This document shows positions 12,417-23,553 of a stretch of DNA of 64,000 nt, piece by piece. Source of the DNA: an uncultured delta proteobacterium (GTDB lineage Bacteria > Desulfobacterota > BSN033 > UBA1163); assembly GCA_963708295.1 (NCBI GenBank), contig CAVPSJ010000013.1:64001-128000 (forward strand), written 5' to 3'. The position numbers were made by a program, and so were the translations under genes. The notes beneath the pieces are model-generated. The model was not told where the DNA came from and did not search any database. It worked only from the letters and a program-made list of their open reading frames with translations. How positions within the stretch are numbered: position 1 is the first letter of the stretch; every line of letters begins with the position of its first letter.

Positions 12417-13765
12417 GCAAGACGAGTGATACCATTTTCCTTGGAACGAAGACTAAATCGAAAGTGCGTGATAATAACAAAAAAGAGCATAAGAGAATTC
12501 TATTAGGGCATCTTGGCAGAAGAGGTGATTGTCTGTTTGCGACTGCCATTGCTCGGCAAATCAAGGAAGATTTTCCTGAATGCCATTTGACGTGGGCAAT
12601 CAGTTCGATGTGTCGTTCGGTGATTGAAGGAAATCCTTACGTTGACGGGATTTGGGAACTTCCATTAAGAACGAATGAGGAAATCGTCGGGGCCTGGAAT
12701 GGGTTCGAAAGTGATGCCATAAGAAAGAAAAGCCTGGGGGAATACGATGAAATTTACCTGACACAGGTTCATCCCGGTAATCTTCAAAATTACGACGGCA
12801 CGAGCAGATCCTCAATATTCCGTGGTTATTCAAAGCCAATCACGGTACCTGTTCAACCCATCGTGCGATTATCCGACCAGGAAGTAGAGAATGTTCGCCG
12901 GTTTGCTGATGACCATCAACTTGCTGATCAGGGGAAAGTTATTTTGTTCGAATGTGCTTCTTCGAGCGGTCAATCGTTTGTAACTCCTGATTTCGCCGTT
13001 AAGGTCGCGCAAAATGTGCTCAAGACTATGACGGACGTTTATTTTGTTCTATCGTCGGATATTCCAATTCAATGTGCTGATCGCCATATCATAGATGGAA
13101 GCGTATTGTCGTTTAAGGAAAATGCAGAATTAACAAAATATTGTTGTTTATTGGTAGGATGTTCAAGTGGCATATCGTGGCTTGCGACATCAGACTGGGC
13201 GAAGCCGTTACCTAAAATTCAGCTATTAAGCTCTGATACGGTTATGTATGCATCGATGATTTATGATGCCATGTATTTTGGATTGCCAACTGACCAGATA
13301 CTGGAAACGCAGGACTGCACACCTGATCTTGTTGCATCCTGTATCCAAACGGTATTTGACAATGGGTTTGCAGCGGCAAGGGAAAAGTATCATCGAGACG
13401 TCCCCCTTGATTTAGGGTTTTACTTTGGACAACTCTATTGGGAACTGTTACGGAAAAACGAATTGGGTAAAGCAATGGGGGCACTGTCGGTAACCAGGGA
13501 GAGATTTGGCAATCACCCACAATTGGCCTATTTTTTGGATAATCTTGTTTTCCCCTATGCTGAATTAGCCTGGGCAGATCTTTCAAAAGATGAACGTGAA
13601 CAGTTAGTTAATCTTTTTAGTTACAAGCGGCCTGAGGGTGTCATCCTTTTTGGAAAGAACATGATGAGCTTCTTTAAGCTCATTAAGGCGTTGTTTAGAA
13701 CGGATACTCATAACGTCAGTATAGGGCTGATGACAAATGTACTCACAAGGTGGTTTCATGCATAG
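12413..13765 (+). CDS. GT9 (heptosyltransferase-like) family glycosyltransferase
   Basis: LGRRGDCLFATAIARQIKEDFPECHLTW, VIEGNPYVD, LLVGCSSGISWLA. Confidence 0.65.
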   Translation: MSKTSDTIFLGTKTKSKVRDNNKKEHKRILLGHLGRRGDCLFATAIARQIKEDFPECHLTWAISSMCRSVIEGNPYVDGIWELPLRTNEEIVGAWNGFESDAIRKKSLGEYDEIYLTQVHPGNLQNYDGTSRSSIFRGYSKPITVPVQPIVRLSDQEVENVRRFADDHQLADQGKVILFECASSSGQSFVTPDFAVKVAQNVLKTMTDVYFVLSSDIPIQCADRHIIDGSVLSFKENAELTKYCCLLVGCSSGISWLATSDWAKPLPKIQLLSSDTVMYASMIYDAMYFGLPTDQILETQDCTPDLVASCIQTVFDNGFAAAREKYHRDVPLDLGFYFGQLYWELLRKNELGKAMGALSVTRERFGNHPQLAYFLDNLVFPYAELAWADLSKDEREQLVNLFSYKRPEGVILFGKNMMSFFKLIKALFRTDTHNVSIGLMTNVLTRWFHA

Positions 13766-15029
13766 TACCGCACTTTTTACCACGTCCTCTAATAATTATT
13801 TTGCTTTTGCCAAAACGATGTTGCGGTCTGTTAGAGATTTTCACGATGACATCGACCTGTATTTTCTTCTCGTAGACGAAACAGCCGATGAACAGATACT
13901 AGATCAAAAGGATTTGTTTCATCTATGCTTTGTTAGGGATATAGGGATAGGGGATTACAAAAAAATGGCGTTTGCCTATGATATTGTTGAATTTAATACG
14001 GCGGTAAAGCCTTTTTTTATCAATTATCTTTTTAGGCAGGGATACAAGAAAGTAATTTATCTAGATCCGGACATTCTCGTATGTGATCGCCTGGATGGGG
14101 CGCTGGATAAATTGGAGGACCACTCCATTGTCGTGACCCCCCATCAACTGTCGCCGGTCACCAATGTAGACCACTTTATTCCTTATCTACAATGGGAACA
14201 ATCCGCTCTTCTGACCGGGATATTCAACCTTGGCTTCATTGGTGTTGCGAATTCCGAAGAAGGCAGAGCGTTCGTGGACTGGTGGAGCAACCGGTGTAAA
14301 TATATGTGTTTTGTTGATCCGGGAGCAGGACTTTTTGTAGATCAGAAATGGGTCAATCTGGCAATGTGCTTTTATCCATCAACGTATATTTTGAGACACA
14401 AGGGCTACAATATGTGTGTATGGAACCTTCATGACCGGGTGCTGATTAAGGATCGAGTGAATGGAGCGGAGCCGCTCGTTTTTTATCATTTCAGCGCAAT
14501 CGATATGAATGATCCCGAGATCATTTCCAAGCATGATAAAACATTGAAATTGACGGATCGCCCCGATCTCATCGATTTAGTACGGTCCTATCGTGAAAAG
14601 CTTAAACACAACGGCTACGATCATTTCCATGGGCTACCCTATACGTATGATTATTTTAGCGATGGCCGAAGGATCGACTCGCTTGAAAGGCGATTGTATT
14701 CTGCTGTCTCGGATAATTATCCCGATCCGTTCAGTACTCCAAGTAATGAATTTTATGCAGAACTGAAGAAAGAAAAGACGGTCAGGAACGGTAGCGAATT
14801 GCGTGCGCAATCAGATTCTTATCGAACGGAATAGCAAAACTTGCCATCAAGGCTATTTTCAAGATTATTGGTGCCAGGCGGTATGCCAGAATCATTCAGT
14901 GGTTTAATGTGGCTGGAAGGTTGCGCAGTCATACATTTCTTTTCGATTAGGCGTATATTGCTTCGGCTGACCAGGCGAAGCAGCAGTGCACCTCTTAGGT
15001 TTGCGAGAAGGAATACCGGGGAGCAATGA
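13758..15029 (+). CDS. GT-A fold glycosyltransferase (GT8-like), probable frameshift near 14800
   Basis: [28 protein letters not shown] (DxD), FNLGF, FVDQKW, FYHFS; ORF stops at 14834 and may continue to 15029. Confidence 0.7.
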
Positions 15030-16010
15030 AGAAAGCATTGATAACAGGAGTTACCGGTCAGGACGGCGGCTATCTTTCGAGGGTCCTTTTGGAGAAGGGG
15101 TATAAGGTTTATGGCACGATAAGAGATTCCATCGCTCCTCACTCAAGAAATTTAATGATCCTCGGAATTGAGAAGAGCATCGAGTTGATCCCTGCGTGAC
15201 CTCCTGGATTTATCAAATGTGATCAGGCTTCTCGAGAGAATCAAACCCGACGAGATTTATAACTTGGCCTCTCAAAGCTCTGTAGGCCTTTCATTCGAAC
15301 AACCTATTGGAACGGTTGAATTCAACATCATGAGCACGATGAATTTGCTCGAGGCGATTAGGATCCTACCTATTAAAGCGAAGTTTTACCAGGCGTCTTC
15401 GAGCGAGATGTACGGGAAGGCGAACGAGTTACCTATCACAGAAAAAACAGCGCTGCACCCTGTCAGTCCTTACGCCGTCTCTAAGGCCGCGTCTCACTGG
15501 ATGACCGTCAACTATCGCGAAGCCTACGGCGTTTTTTGCTGTTGCGGAATTCTCTTCAACCATGAGTCTGTTCTGAGAGGAGAACAATTTGTCACCAAAA
15601 AGATCATCTCCACGGCAGTGAGGATAAGTAGAGGATCAAAAGAGAAGCTCAAGTTAGGCAATATAGAGATCAAGAGGGATTGGGGCTTTGCACCCGAATA
15701 CGTCAAGGCCATGTGGCTGATGTTGCAGCAAGATGAGCCGGATGACTATGTCATTGCTACAGGCGAAGCTCACAGTCTCCGGGAGTTCGTCGAACTCGCT
15801 TTCTCCTACGCGGGGTTGGACTGGAAGGAACATGTGGCCATCGATGAGGCCCTCTACAGGCCATCCGAAATTGATGTCATATACGGCAACCCCGCTAAGG
15901 CGAAAGCAAAAATCGGATGGGAATATAACCTTCCTTTTGAGAATTTGATCAAGTGGCTGGTCGAGGAGGAGTTGAAACACGGGGCAGAGGTTAATCCGGC
16001 TGAACGATGA
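15026..16010 (+). CDS. gmd: Second GDP-mannose 4,6-dehydratase, frameshift near 15197
   Basis: [17 protein letters not shown] at 15026; then [39 protein letters not shown]. Confidence 0.85.
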
Positions 16011-17169
16011 GAATAGCATTTGAGATAGCAGGGGGAGATACATGGCAGGCCGGCATTTCCTATTTTAAGACCTTTGTCCACGCCCTGAAACAGACTTATG
16101 GTGAAGACGTGGCCCTCTATTTCATGTTGCCAGGCACTGGTATACCCTGAAGACATAGGTGAGGCAGCAGGAAGTTCTCGAAATGGCCGACTATCGCAAA
16201 TGGACCGCCCTCTGGGTGGTAGAGCAGGCGATGAAATGTTTGTTCACTTGCGACCTGGGAAAAACTCGGGTCCTGAAACGTCACAAAATAGACGTTCTAT
16301 TTGGTTTTCTCCTCTTGGACCGATATGGGCGGATACCCATCTTATCTTGGATACCTGATTTTCAGCATATCCACCTGCCAGAGATGTTTAGCGCTTCGGA
16401 GCGACGCCAGCGAGATCGGATATTTCTCCGCACGACTAAGATATCTCGCCGAGTTATCTTGATGAGCCAATCCGTTAAGAAAGACTTCGAAACTTTTGCT
16501 CCCGCAGTATGCCGGCAAAGCAAGAGTGCTTCGAGCGTGTAAACGAGATTCCTGAATCAATCTATGAAGCTGATTCGAAGTCGGTCTTGAATCTTTACCA
16601 TTTGCCCGAGAAATTTGTCTACATTCCTAATCGGTTCTGGAAGCATAAGAACCATGAGATGGTCTTTCGGGCTCGTCAAGATCCTGAAAGAAAGTGGCGT
16701 GAAAGTCTTCGTTGTCTGCAGCGGTTATCCCGGGGATTATCGTCATCCCGGTTATTTCGCCGATTTGTTACGGAAGATGAGCCAGCTGGGGTATTCGAGA
16801 TCAGGTAGCGTTACTCGGGCATGATTCCTCGAGATCATGTATTCGCTGCTGATGCGACAGGCCATCTGTGTTTTGAACCCTTCTCTGTTTGAGGGGTTCG
16901 GCTTGACGGTGGACGAAGCACGATCTCTGGGAAAGCGGGCTCTTCTTTCGGATATTCCGGCCCATCGAGAGCAGGATCCACCGAAGGCGAACTATTTCGA
17001 TCCTTATAACTCCGAGGATCTTGCGGAAAAGTTAAGAATGATCTGGCGTGATGCTGAACCCGGTCCGGATATCGAACTCGAACTTGAAGCACGTCAGAGC
17101 CTTGTAGGAAGGATTCATGCGTGTGCTGAATCGTTCATGTCAGTTGTCAGCGAAGTTAGCAAAGGGTAA
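16007..17169 (+). CDS. GT4 family glycosyltransferase, broken by several frameshifts
   Basis: [20 protein letters not shown] start; WIPDFQHIHLPEMFS, PNRFWKHKNH, PSLFEGFGLTVDEA and SDIPAHRE spread over several ORF fragments. Confidence 0.8.
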
Positions 17170-17182
17170 AAAGCGACGGGAA

Positions 17183-17206
17183 AATACGGTGAGTATTTAG
17201 GACAGT
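17183..17206 (+). repeat. 24-bp direct repeat, copy 1
   Basis: aatacggtgagtatttaggacagt; 23/24 identical to 19686-19709. Confidence 0.85.
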
Positions 17207-17215
17207 CGAACGACG

Positions 17216-17672
17216 TTGAACACTGGGGTGGTTCGCCGGGACGTTTATCATGCAGGAAGCAACGTTCTGGAGAAGATCCTCTGGGAACGGGCTGGAGGCT
17301 ACGTGGATAGTTCCCTAGGATTTGCAGGTGACTTTGAGCTATGGACGCGATTTTTCCAGCACGCGGACCTGTATGCAGTAGGGGTTCCGCGAGGGAGGTT
17401 CCGACGACACGGAAATCAGAAGACAGAAGAACTATTTGAAAGAGTATCTGGAAGAGGCAGAATATGTTTTTTTGCGTAGATGGCGGAGCGCCCCTACGGA
17501 AAGCCTGAAAGCCTAATGCGTCGAATTCTACATTACGGAATTGGAGATCGTCGCTTTGCATGGCACTCGCTCCCTTGGCTCTGTACTTACGCATTTGCAC
17601 AACCTTTATCCGGTTAAAGTCATCATTTGGACCGAGGGTAAATGGAAAGTCGCTAAGGACGATGTGGTGTGA
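17216..17672 (+). pseudogene. C-terminal remnant of a GT2 glycosyltransferase
   Basis: IMQEATFWRR / LWERAGGYVD...AGDFELWTRFFQHADLY...FRRHGNQKT parallels the C-half of the next gene (FIQQESTVWRR...AGDFYMW); the N-terminal DxD half is absent. Confidence 0.7.
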
Positions 17673-17719
17673 CTTTCTCTAACATTCCTGTGTCTTTTAC
17701 CCATATGAGGAGATCCTGA

Positions 17720-18574
17720 GTGAGAATATCCGTAATCACACCATGTTTTAATTCTGAAATGTATATAGAAGAAACTATCGAAAGCGTTTTGAGTCAGCGT
17801 GGAAGTTTCGAAATCGAGTACATCATTGTCGATGGAGGATCCACGGACAGCACGATATCTATCATAAAGAAATACAAAGAATCGGTGGAATTTGGGAAAT
17901 TGCCCGTTAGATGTAATAAAATGAGTGTTATGTGTCTTTCGGAAAGTGACAATGGTATGTACGATGCTCTAACGAAGGGATTCAAATTAGCAACGGGAGA
18001 TATTGTTGCCTTTATCAACTCCGATGACGTTTACCTGCCGAATGCTTTTTCAATGTTAGTCGATATTTTCGAGAAGTATCCAGAAGTAGATTGGGTTACC
18101 GGGATGCAGATTGAGTATAATGAGATGGGCCAAATCGTAGAATGCATATTACCTTTTAAATATAATAGGAAACTCATTAGCAAAGGCCTGTACGGCTCAA
18201 TTCTACCGTTTATCCAACAGGAATCAACCGTATGGAGAAGAAAGCTGTTCAATGGACTGGATTTTGGCTTGCTTAAGGAATATAAATTGGCCGGTGACTT
18301 TTATATGTGGTGCATGTTTTCGAAACAGGCAGAACTATATATCGTCCAAGGTGGTTTAGGAGGATTTAGGAACCGTGTTGATCAAGCTTCAAAACAGAAG
18401 AATGAATATTACAAAGAATTTTACAGCATTGCCGAAAAAAGAAAATTGAGAGATGTCATTGTGGCCTTCCTGTACGTTGTACCGACTTTCTTTTTTCCGA
18501 ATGGATACAAAAGAAGATTGGACAGTAAAATCATCTATTCCGATCGGGGCCAATGGATAAAAAGGAGTGGCTAA
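17720..18574 (+). CDS. GT2 family glycosyltransferase (WcaE-like)
   Basis: ISVITPCFN, IIVDGGSTD, DNGMYDALTKG, FINSDD. Confidence 0.9.
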   Translation: MRISVITPCFNSEMYIEETIESVLSQRGSFEIEYIIVDGGSTDSTISIIKKYKESVEFGKLPVRCNKMSVMCLSESDNGMYDALTKGFKLATGDIVAFINSDDVYLPNAFSMLVDIFEKYPEVDWVTGMQIEYNEMGQIVECILPFKYNRKLISKGLYGSILPFIQQESTVWRRKLFNGLDFGLLKEYKLAGDFYMWCMFSKQAELYIVQGGLGGFRNRVDQASKQKNEYYKEFYSIAEKRKLRDVIVAFLYVVPTFFFPNGYKRRLDSKIIYSDRGQWIKRSG

Positions 18575-18638
18575 TTTGTAACCAAAACTATTTCGACAAA
18601 GGACTTAAGTAGAAGTGGTTTGGAAGAATAGGTAGATT

Positions 18639-19537
18639 ATGCTTACTCTTTTTTCTTGTCCGAAACGCTTTCAGGGGATAGTAGCTCTTATCCAGAGGAA
18701 TGCTATTCAAAGCTGGATAAATCTGGATCAAAATATAGAGATCATCCTTATGGGCGATGATGAAGGAATTCGGGAGGCGGCTTCTTTTTTTGGTGTGCGT
18801 CATATTCCGCAAGTGGCACGAAATGAATATGGAACCCCACTGTTGGACGACGTATTTTCAAAGGCGGAAACAGCTGCGAGCTATGATATCATGGGCTATA
18901 TCAACGCCGACATTATTTTGTTGTCTGACATCATCAAAGCAGTGGAGTTTGTTGAAAGAAAGAGAAAAGCTTTCTTAATGGTCGGCAGACGATGGAACAT
19001 TGACTTGGAACAGCAATTGGATTTTTCGGGGTCTGACTGGGAGGAACAGCTCCGTCTCATGTGCTCCGATCGGGAAACCCAACTCCGCCGGAGTGGATTG
19101 ATTACTTCGTATTTCCCCGGGGTTTCTATCGTGGTCTTCTTCCGTTTGCTTTAGGGAGGGCTGCCTTTGATAATTGGCTTCTCTGGAAAGCCCGTTCCCT
19201 GGGCGCTCCGATCATAGATGCTTCTGAAGTTGTTACGGTTATTCATCAGAATCACGATTACTCACATCACCCCCAAGGGAAGAAAGGCGTGTGGTTAGGA
19301 CTAGAAGCGGAGCGCAATCGTGAGCTGATGGGGGGAGGGCACCATTGCTTCACTTTGGCCGATGCCACCCATAGGCTGACGCCGGTCGGTTTGAAGCCAA
19401 ATCTAAGTGCTGAACGCATGATCCGGATAATATGGACGCGCGGAAAGGCTCGATTCTTGCATTGGGTGTTGGCGAAAACATTTCCGCTCTGGCGTCGATT
19501 GGGATTGTATAAATCGAGAAATGCTCTCGGGGAATGA
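18639..19537 (+). CDS. GT-A-like putative glycosyltransferase, frameshift near 19080; paralog of 22598-23491
   Basis: MLTLFSCPK...QRNAIQSW, GTPLL, YINADII, VGRRW, then IDYFVFPRG, GRAAFDNW, HQNHDYSH. Confidence 0.75.
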
Positions 19538-19685
19538 TGCGAGGATCAGAAGAGGGGTTAATGAGTCACTTGTATTTCATGGTACAGAAGGATCGGTGTG
19601 TTCTTACCCTCCTCGCATTGCAAAACAGATGCGGAGGGAAAACCTGTGGGTTACACCCATTGAATCCATTAGAGGATGGCGACAG

Positions 19686-19709
19686 AATACGGTGAGTGTT
19701 TAGGACAGT
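19686..19709 (+). repeat. 24-bp direct repeat, copy 2
   Basis: aatacggtgagtgtttaggacagt. Confidence 0.85.
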
Positions 19710-19721
19710 TGGGGTCAATAG

Positions 19722-20632
19722 TTGAAAACTCCGGTAGCCTTCATTATTTTTAACCGGCCGGAGACAACGCAGCGCGTATTCGAGGAAATCCGGAAGGCCC
19801 GACCTCCTCTGCTTTTGTTGGTTGCCGATGGCCCACGGCCTGGCCATTCGAGTGATGTAGAGCAAGTGTGCACGAAACAAGGGCCATTGTCGATCAGGTA
19901 GACTGGGACTGTGAAATTCGGAAGAATTACTCAGACGTCAATCTCGGTTGAGGAAAGAGGGTGTCGAGCGGTCTCGACTGGGTTTTCAGCGAGGTGGAGG
20001 AAGCCATTATTCTCGAAGACGACTGCCTGCCCCATCCCACTTTTTTCCAATTCTGCGAGGAGTTGTTGGAAAAATATAGAGACAACGACCGGATCGGGCA
20101 TATCGGTGGAGTCGATTTCCAGTTTGGAAGAAAGAGGGGGCCTTACAGTTATTATTTTTCTCGATATACCCACATCTGGGGGTGGGCCTCCTGGCGGCGC
20201 GCCTGGAAGGGATATGACCCGAACCTGGCGTTATGGCCGAAACTTAAGAAAGAGAAGTGGCTGCGACACTTTCTGGGCCATCTCTCTCTCGTCGGCTATT
20301 GGACGAACATCTTTGATAGGGTCTATCAGCGCGGCATCGATACGTGGGATTATCAGTGGACGTTTCACTGTTGGACTCAGAACCGGTTAGCCATTATCCC
20401 TAATGTCAATTTGATATCAAACATAGGTTTTGATACGAATGCCACTCATACGATGGGCCAGAGTAAGTTTAACAGCATGGAGACAGAGGCTATGGAGTTT
20501 CCTCTATCCCATCCTCTGGTCATTATGCGAGATCCCGCAGCAGATGAGTACACGGAAAAACATCACTACTTTATCAGGTTTTCCGCGTATCAACTATTGC
20601 ATCGACTGATGAGATCCTTTCATGGAATGTAA
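19722..20632 (+). CDS. GT-A nucleotide-diphospho-sugar transferase (HlpA-like), frameshifted
   Basis: TTG start [34 protein letters not shown]; then [36 protein letters not shown]. Confidence 0.8.
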
Positions 20633-21443
20633 GATCTGTTCGTCCAAGACATCGCTTTTCGGATCTGCGGTCTTGTTGAATAAACACAGGGTGCAGTACT
20701 TTCGGTGCGACGCGTGTGGATTCCTTCAGACGGAAGAACCTTACTGGTTTCAAGAGGCATATTGCGAGGTGATCGCACGTACCGATGTGGGCTTAGTTTC
20801 GAGAAACCTCGCCTTTTCACAGGTTACCCAGACCCTTATCTCTGTCTTCTTTGATTCGGACGGGAAGTTTCTGGATTACGGGGGAGGATATGGTCTACTC
20901 GTTCGAATGATGAGAGATCAGGGGTTTGATTTTTATTGGCATGACAAATGGTGCGACAACCTTTTCGCAAAGGCCTTTGAAGCCTCCGAGGCTGGCGCGG
21001 AGACCTTTGAATTACTCACCGCATTTGAAGTGTTCGAGCACCTGAGTGATCCCTTGGATGAGCTGACGGAGATGTTACGATTCTCGAAGAACATTCTCTT
21101 CAGTACGGAATTGCTTCCAGTGCATGCTCCGCCACTGGGGCAGTGGCCCTACTATTGCCTCGAACATGGGCAGCACGTTTCTTTTTACACGGTTTCTTCT
21201 CTATCGGCTCTGGCAAAGAGATTGGATGTCAATCTGTACTCGAACGGAAGGTCGCTTCATCTCTTTACGGAGAAGAAGCTCTCCTCACTTTTCTTCAGAC
21301 TCCTCGCGCTCTATCCGATGGCACGGTTTCTCAACTGCTTCCAGTGGAGGAAAAGCTTGCTCAAACGAGATTATGAGGAAGCGATTAAGTCGTTGACTGT
21401 GAGGTCCGATGCAGTGGAGGAGAGGGGCCACCAGCGAGTCTAA
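20622..21443 (+). CDS. Class I SAM-dependent methyltransferase with N-terminal Zn-ribbon
   Basis: CKIC...CDACGFLQTEEPYW, FLDYGGGYG, TAFEVFEHL. Confidence 0.85.
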   Translation: MECKICSSKTSLFGSAVLLNKHRVQYFRCDACGFLQTEEPYWFQEAYCEVIARTDVGLVSRNLAFSQVTQTLISVFFDSDGKFLDYGGGYGLLVRMMRDQGFDFYWHDKWCDNLFAKAFEASEAGAETFELLTAFEVFEHLSDPLDELTEMLRFSKNILFSTELLPVHAPPLGQWPYYCLEHGQHVSFYTVSSLSALAKRLDVNLYSNGRSLHLFTEKKLSSLFFRLLALYPMARFLNCFQWRKSLLKRDYEEAIKSLTVRSDAVEERGHQRV

Positions 21444-21463
21444 GGCCATCAGAGGGCGACGGC

Positions 21464-22576
21464 GTGAGAATCGTTTACAGTCATGATATCTTTTCGTTTC
21501 AGTCCTATGGCGGGATATCGAGATACTTCGTTGAAATTGCTAAACGGATCCCGACCAACGAGGCCCAGGTCCAGGTCTTTGCGGGACTTCACATTAACGA
21601 ATATTTGAAGGGGGTTCCGGGACTGATTGGTTTTAAGCTCCCTGCCCTTAAGAATAGAGGAGTGGCCGCGAGAATCATCAATGCCTCGATGTACATTGTG
21701 CGCAAGAGCATTAATAATTTGGTGCAGCGAGCCCTTATCAGGTCGGATCCTCAGACGATTTTGCATCTCAGTTACTACACTCGCCCACCTGCTAAAAGGA
21801 AGCTGAAACTCGTTGTGACTGTTTACGATATGATCCCGGAACTCTTTGGCCAATACTTCCCCCGTCATGATCGAACCACCCATCTCAAGAGGCTCTGCTG
21901 TGAGCAGGCCGACAAGATTATCGCAATTTCGAACTGTACCAAGAAAGATTTGACGGACTTGTTCGGCGTGACCGATGAAAAGATCGCCGTGATTCATCTC
22001 GGAAATCCTCTCGAAAAAGTTGTGCCGGGAGAATGGAAGGAGGCCATTCAGGCCCCCTACGTCTTCTACGTAGGAGCAAGAGGAGGCTATAAGAACTTCG
22101 ATCGTCTTCTCCAGACATTTGCTCAGTCATCGTTGCTCCGCAAAAATTTCGCCTTGATCTGTTTCGGAGATCGATTCAGTCGGGCTGAGCAGGAAAGGTT
22201 GAAAGACTTAGGACTTGACCATCGGGTCCATCAGATCAGCGGAAGCGATTCCCTTCTGGCGAGCTATTACAAACATGCACGGGCTTTTGTGTTCCCGTCG
22301 CTGTATGAAGGGTTTGGTATTCCCCTGCTTGAGGCCATGGGCTTGGGATGTCCTGTCCTCTGTTCAAACCGAGGGCCCTTCCCGGAGATCGTAGCAGATG
22401 CGGGAATCTATTTTGATCCGGATGATGTGAATCATATGCAGTATATTCTTGAAAAAAAGCTATTTGATGACGCCTTATTGGAAGAGATGGTCAAACGGGG
22501 CTTTCAAAGGTCATCCGCGTTCAGTTGGGATCGGACAGCTCGTCAGACCCTTGCACTCTATCAGTCATTGTTATAA
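21464..22576 (+). CDS. GT4 family glycosyltransferase
   Basis: YGGISRYF, VTVYDMIPE, YVGARGGYKNF, FPSLYEGFGIPLLEAM. Confidence 0.9.
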   Translation: MRIVYSHDIFSFQSYGGISRYFVEIAKRIPTNEAQVQVFAGLHINEYLKGVPGLIGFKLPALKNRGVAARIINASMYIVRKSINNLVQRALIRSDPQTILHLSYYTRPPAKRKLKLVVTVYDMIPELFGQYFPRHDRTTHLKRLCCEQADKIIAISNCTKKDLTDLFGVTDEKIAVIHLGNPLEKVVPGEWKEAIQAPYVFYVGARGGYKNFDRLLQTFAQSSLLRKNFALICFGDRFSRAEQERLKDLGLDHRVHQISGSDSLLASYYKHARAFVFPSLYEGFGIPLLEAMGLGCPVLCSNRGPFPEIVADAGIYFDPDDVNHMQYILEKKLFDDALLEEMVKRGFQRSSAFSWDRTARQTLALYQSLL

Positions 22577-22597
22577 GTTGAGAATAAGGAACGGTTG

Positions 22598-23491
22598 ATG
22601 CTCACCATCTTTTCTTGTCCGAAGCCTTTTCTGGGGCTCTTTAATATCATACAAAGGAATGCTGTCCAAAGTTGGCGAAGGCTTCGGCCAGAGGTAGAAG
22701 TTATTCTTATGGGTGACGACGAAGGCACGTCACAAGTGGCAAAGGAATTCGGCGTTCACCACATTTCCGATGTGGCACGGAATGCCTCCGGCACGCCATT
22801 GATTAGCTCACTCTTTGAGAAAGCCCAGGAAGAAGCGACGTGCGAAAGAATGTGTTATGTAAACGCGGATATTATATTGATGAGTGATTTCTTACAAGCA
22901 ATAAAACGAGTAGCTGCGGAGATGCCCCGATCTCTCATGGTGGGTCGAAGATGGAATTTGGATTTAAAGGAACCTGTAGATTTCAACGCGAATTGGGAAG
23001 AATGGCTTCTCACCCAAGTCGCACATCGGGGGAAACTTTATTACCATTTCGCAATCGATTACTTTGTGTTCCCTAAGGGAATGTTGGGTGAAATTCCTCC
23101 TTTCGCCGTAGGTCGTCCTGCTTGGGATAACTGGGTACTTTATCGGGCTTGCAGTGAGAATATTCCTGTTGTTGAATTGACCAGAGCGGTCACGGTGGTT
23201 CATCAGAGCCACGATTACTCTCATCATCCGAGTGGATGGGCCGGGGCAATGAAAGGGGAGGAGTCAAAACAGAATATTAAGCTTGCCGGTCAAGTTGGAC
23301 ATGCGTACAGTCTTCTGGATGCCCAGTATTGTCTCACGCAGAAGGGGGTGAAACTGAAAGCCACCCCCTTTTATTCGCCGTACTATTTTTATCAGCTCTT
23401 TGTGAGGTTTTCAGAGTCCCATCGGTTCTTGAAACCGTTGGTACAGTTTATCAAGATGATCGGAGACCGTTTCTCGTCCCGTCCCTGCTAA
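22598..23491 (+). CDS. GT-A-like putative glycosyltransferase; paralog of 18639-19537
   Basis: MLTIFSCPKPF...QRNAVQSW, YVNADII, IDYFVFP, GRPAWDNW, HQSHDYSH. Confidence 0.78.
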   Translation: MLTIFSCPKPFLGLFNIIQRNAVQSWRRLRPEVEVILMGDDEGTSQVAKEFGVHHISDVARNASGTPLISSLFEKAQEEATCERMCYVNADIILMSDFLQAIKRVAAEMPRSLMVGRRWNLDLKEPVDFNANWEEWLLTQVAHRGKLYYHFAIDYFVFPKGMLGEIPPFAVGRPAWDNWVLYRACSENIPVVELTRAVTVVHQSHDYSHHPSGWAGAMKGEESKQNIKLAGQVGHAYSLLDAQYCLTQKGVKLKATPFYSPYYFYQLFVRFSESHRFLKPLVQFIKMIGDRFSSRPC

Positions 23492-23553
23492 TTTTCAGTG
23501 AGTGGCTTGATCGGTGGAAGTAACCGTGATAAAGATAGGCCAGGCCGACCCGT

